A stretch of 64,000 nucleotides of DNA from Hypanus sabinus (Eukaryota). Of the stretch, positions 61,470 through 64,000 are shown piece by piece. Location: positions 5,270,001 to 5,334,000 of the forward strand of contig NC_082717.1 of NCBI RefSeq assembly GCF_030144855.1, read 5' to 3'. The position numbers and the translations under genes are program-made. The notes under the pieces were generated by a model. That model did no database searches. It worked only from the letters and a program-made list of their open reading frames with translations, and was not told the DNA's origin. Position 1 is the first letter of the stretch. Every line of letters begins with the position of its first letter.

Positions 61470-64000
61470 CCGACCTCCATTTAGAATATGACCTGTCTAC
61501 AACCATTCTTGGCCTTCTGTGGGCAAGCCAGCTCTGGATCCACAGAACAATTTCCCCTTGGATCCCATGCCTCTTTACTTTCTCAATAAACTTTACACGG
61601 GGTACCTTGTCAAATGCTTTGCTGAATTCCATTTACACTACATCTACTGTACCATGATCGAGTTTAGTCACATTCTCAAAAAATTTAATCAGGCTCTTAA
61701 GGCACGACCGGCCTTTCACAAAGCAATACTGCCTATTCCTCATCATATTATGCCTCTCCAAATATTCTCTGCTCCCTTTCTTGAATAATGGAGTAACATC
61801 CACAACCCTCCAATCCTCTAGAACCTCTCCCATCCCCATTGATTATGCAAAGATCATCACTGGAGGCTCAGCAATCTCCTCCCTCTTTTCCCACAGTTGG
61901 ATTGGGTACATCTCGTCCGGTCCCAGTGACTTATCCACCTTGATGCTTTCCGAAAGCTCTAGTAGATCCTCTTTCTTAATATCTACATGCTCAAGGTTTT
62001 CACTCCACTGCAAGTCATCCCTACAATTGTCAAGATCTTTTTCCGTAGTGAATACTGAAGCAAAGTACTCATTAAGTACCTCTGCTATCTCCTCTGGTTC
62101 CAGACACACTTTTCCACTGTCACACTTGATTTGTCCTATTCTCTCACATCTTATCCTCTTGCTCTTAATGTAGAATGCCTTCAGGTTTTCCTTATCCTGC
62201 TCACCAAAGCCTTCTCATGGACCATTCTGGCTTTCCTGATTTTATTCTCAAGCTCCTTCCTGCGAGCCTTATAACGTTCTAGATCTCTATCATTATCTAG
62301 TGATTTGAAACTTTCATAAGCTTTACCTTACTTCTTGACTGGATTTACAACAGCCTTTGTACAACAGGGTTCCTGTACCCTACCATCCTTTCCCTGTCTC
62401 AATTGAACGTACCTGTGCAGAACTCCACGCAAATATCCCCTGAACATTTGCCACATTTCTGCTGTATGTTACCCTGAGAACATCTGTTCCCAACTTATGC
62501 TTCCAAGTTCCTGTCTGTTAGCCTCATATTTCACCTTACTCCAATTCAACACTTTCCTAACTTGTCTGTTCCTATCTCTCTCCAATGCTATGGTAAAGGA
62601 GATAGAATTGTGATCACTATCTGCAAAATGCTCTCCCACTAAAGATCTGTTAACTGACCGGGTTCATTTCCTAATACCATATCAAGTACAGCCTCTCCTC
62701 TTGTAGGCTTACCTTCATATTGTGTCAAGAAACCTTCCTGAACACATCTAACAAACTTCACACCATCTAAACCAGCTCTAGGGAGATGCCTAGGGAAATT
62801 AAAATCTTCCACTACGACAACACTGTTATTATTACACCTTTCCAGAATCTGTCAACCTATCTGTTCCTTGATGTCCCTTTTACTCTTAGGTGGATATAAA
62901 AAACACTCAGTAGAGTTATTGACCCCTTCCTGTTCCTAACTTCCACCAACAGAGACTCTGCAGACAATCCCTCCATGATATTCTGCTTTACTGCAGCCGC
63001 GACAGTACCACTGATCATCAGTAAAATGCCCCCACCTCTTTTGCCTCCCTCCCTTTCCTTTCTGAAACATCTATAGCCTGGCAATCTAAGTAACCATTGC
63101 TGCCCCTGAGCCATCCAAGTCTCTGTAATAGCCAGAGCATCATAGCTCAAAGTTTTGATACACGCTCTAAGCTCATCCCCTTTATTCTTAATACTCCTTA
63201 CTCCTGAACCATCAGTCTGAGCGCATCCGTTCTCTATCACCTGCCTATCCTCCCCCTCGCACTGTCCACAAGCTTTCTCTATTAGTGAGCTGACTGCCTC
63301 TTCCTCCAGTTCAGCGCACCCCCCCCCCCCAGAAATTCTGGTTTAAACTCCCCACAACAGCTGTTGTAATCATTCCCGCCAGGATATTGGTCCCCCTGGG
63401 ATTCAAGTGAATCCTATGCTTTTTGTACAGGTCACCCCTGCTCCAAAAGAGGTCCCAATGATCCAGAAACCTGAATCACTGTCCCCTGCTCCAATCCCTC
63501 ATCTACGCATTTGTCCTCCACCTCATTCTATTCCGATACTCACTATCACGTGTCACAGGCAGTAATCCCGAGATTACTATCTTTGAGGTCCTGCTTCTCA
63601 ACTTCCTTCCTAACTCCCTGCTGTCTGTTTTCAGGACCTCCTCCCTTTTCCTACCTATGTCGTTGGTACCAACATGTACCACGACCTCCAGCTATTCTGC
63701 TTCCCAGTGCAGGATGTCGTGGACATGATCAGAAACATCCCAGACCCTGGCATCTGGGAGGCAAACTGCCATCCGTGTTTCTGTCCTGCATCCACGGAAT
63801 CGCCTGTCTGACCTCCTATTCATAGAGTCCTCTATTACTGAGGCCATCCTCTTCCTTTCCCTACCCTTCTGAGCCGCTTTGCTTCCCCAGGTAGTCCGTC
63901 CCCCCTCCAACAGTACTCAGACAGGAGTACTATTGTTAAAGGGGACAGCCACTGGCATACCTCTTCCCGGTGACGGTAATGTCTGGTGTCCCTGAGAGAC
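61470..64000 (-). mobile_element. CR1 LINE remnant running from ORF1 esterase through APE to RT
   Basis: VIEDSMNRRSDRRFRG...MAVCLPDARVWDVSD (ORF1); YDALAITETW (APE); IKVDKSLGPDEMYP; FVKGRSCLKSLIKFFE. Confidence 0.9.

Overview
Vertebrate genomic DNA, most likely a cartilaginous fish (ray or shark). This is inferred from the repeat set: dense CR1 LINEs with SGNH-esterase ORF1, Rex1/Babar LINEs, HE1-like tRNA SINEs and Penelope tails. Most of the window is decayed retroelement sequence (CR1, Rex/Babar, L1 and Tx1, R4/Dong-like, RTE, Penelope, SCAN-bearing Gmr1-like Gypsy LTR elements). I found no intact host protein-coding gene. The short non-repeat islands between transposons repeatedly carry immunoglobulin V-domain relics. 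The clearest is a germline-joined V-J exon at 11852-12204 (splice acceptor, HWY...DRF...YICGIWGSV-FGKGTQLNVT, GTGAGT donor, no RSS; frameshift plus stops, so a pseudogene). Up to eight further eroded leader/V or V-J remnants of varying confidence occur on both strands. No constant-domain exon or RSS was recognised. The window also has a ~5.7-kb-offset direct duplication, an inverted paralogous block whose identity changes along its length, and a permuted R4-like element. Protein-family assignments come from motifs I recall, not from database searches, and TE boundaries are approximate.
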